A stretch of DNA of 64,000 nucleotides from the NCBI RefSeq assembly GCF_009914755.1, contig NC_060929.1; one strand, written 5' to 3'. Positions 63,069 to 64,000 of the stretch are shown here, piece after piece. This DNA is from the human T2T-CHM13v2.0 reference genome, Homo sapiens. Made by a program: the position numbers and the translations under genes. The notes beneath the pieces were generated by a model. The model ran no database searches. It was not told where the DNA came from and was given only the letters and a program-made list of their open reading frames with translations. The stretch's first letter is position 1, and every line of letters begins with the position of its first letter.

Positions 63069-64000
63069 TTAAGTATTCTATTTGTTAATATCATTCTCAT
63101 GGTTTAGAGATTAACTTAATTGAATATGACACAGTTTTGAGAGAAAATTACTTTGAAGAGTATCCTCATTTTGGCAACAAAATAAAATTGAAATGTGTTC
63201 TCAGAGTAACTTGAGATGGTGGTATAATGATTTGTGTATAAACAACAAAATCTGAATACTGCTAATTAGTCATGGTTCTCTTAAATTGAGTAGTTCTATC
63301 ACAGGTCAATATCATTCTCTCTCCAACAGATGACAGAATTTATTTTATCATTCTAACAATGTAATTACTGAATTTTTCTCATCTCTCCTAATCTGAGATT
63401 CTATTAGCACTGCCCAGTATAATACCACCTTAATTATATGCATATTTGATTTCCATTTTTAAACTCTATAACTGGTTGTCTCTTTTTTAGGTTGAGGTAG
63501 GTCTAATTAACTTAATTTAGGAAAGGTATTTTATTTAAAATAATATCACTTTCTTGTCATTACTCTCCCACATTTGTAATCTAAAAGTATCAAATACTCA
63601 TTTTTCATTACACAATATTTTTATTACTAGATAGTTTACTATTTCAGTATTTGAGATTATAGTATTTTTCATTTAGGTCACAATTATATTTCCATAAATT
63701 TTAAGTTAGAATATTAAATTTTGCATCATTTAATGCCTCATATCAAAGGGCAGCTGCAGCTTTATACATCAAAATCCAGATTATCAAGAGAGTTTATATG
63801 CTGGGAAACACACAAAGCAATGATCACAAATGGAAATTGATAGTAATTTTTTTCAAAGAGAAAATAAAAGAGGAAAGAAAAATAACAATAAAATGAGAGG
63901 AAAATGGAGACAGACTAAATAAAAGACTCCCTTGACTACAGGTCCTCATACGTAAGTGAAATGATCCTGCACAATGGTTTTCTGGAAGATTAGCCCTTCT

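Overview
AT-rich primate (human-like) genomic DNA that looks like the interior of a very large intron or a gene-poor region. It contains about 13 Alus, four 5'-truncated young L1PA copies, older L1M fragments, a near full-length Tigger1, MER1/MER2/MER58 DNA-transposon relics, MaLR/ERV LTRs, MIRs and microsatellites. The long ORFs in the track are L1 ORF2 remnants or Alu and AT-rich artefacts, and I recognise no conventional coding exon. The main signal is a minus-strand cluster in unique sequence (about 5.0-11.0 kb) of five tiny AG...GT-bounded segments (6, 12, 20, 3 and 14 nt) followed by a terminal-exon-like segment. Spliced in order, they read without a stop into a hydrophobic, Cys-rich C-terminal tail, so this is a candidate membrane anchor assembled from microexons. 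The host gene is not identifiable from this window. Secondary signals are private variants shared in patchwork among the four neighbouring L1PA copies (possible local gene conversion), a 66-bp templated insertion inside a MIR, an Alu+L1 block inside one pair of direct repeats, and several young local duplications. All annotation was by eye, and repeat subfamily names come from recalled consensus sequences.
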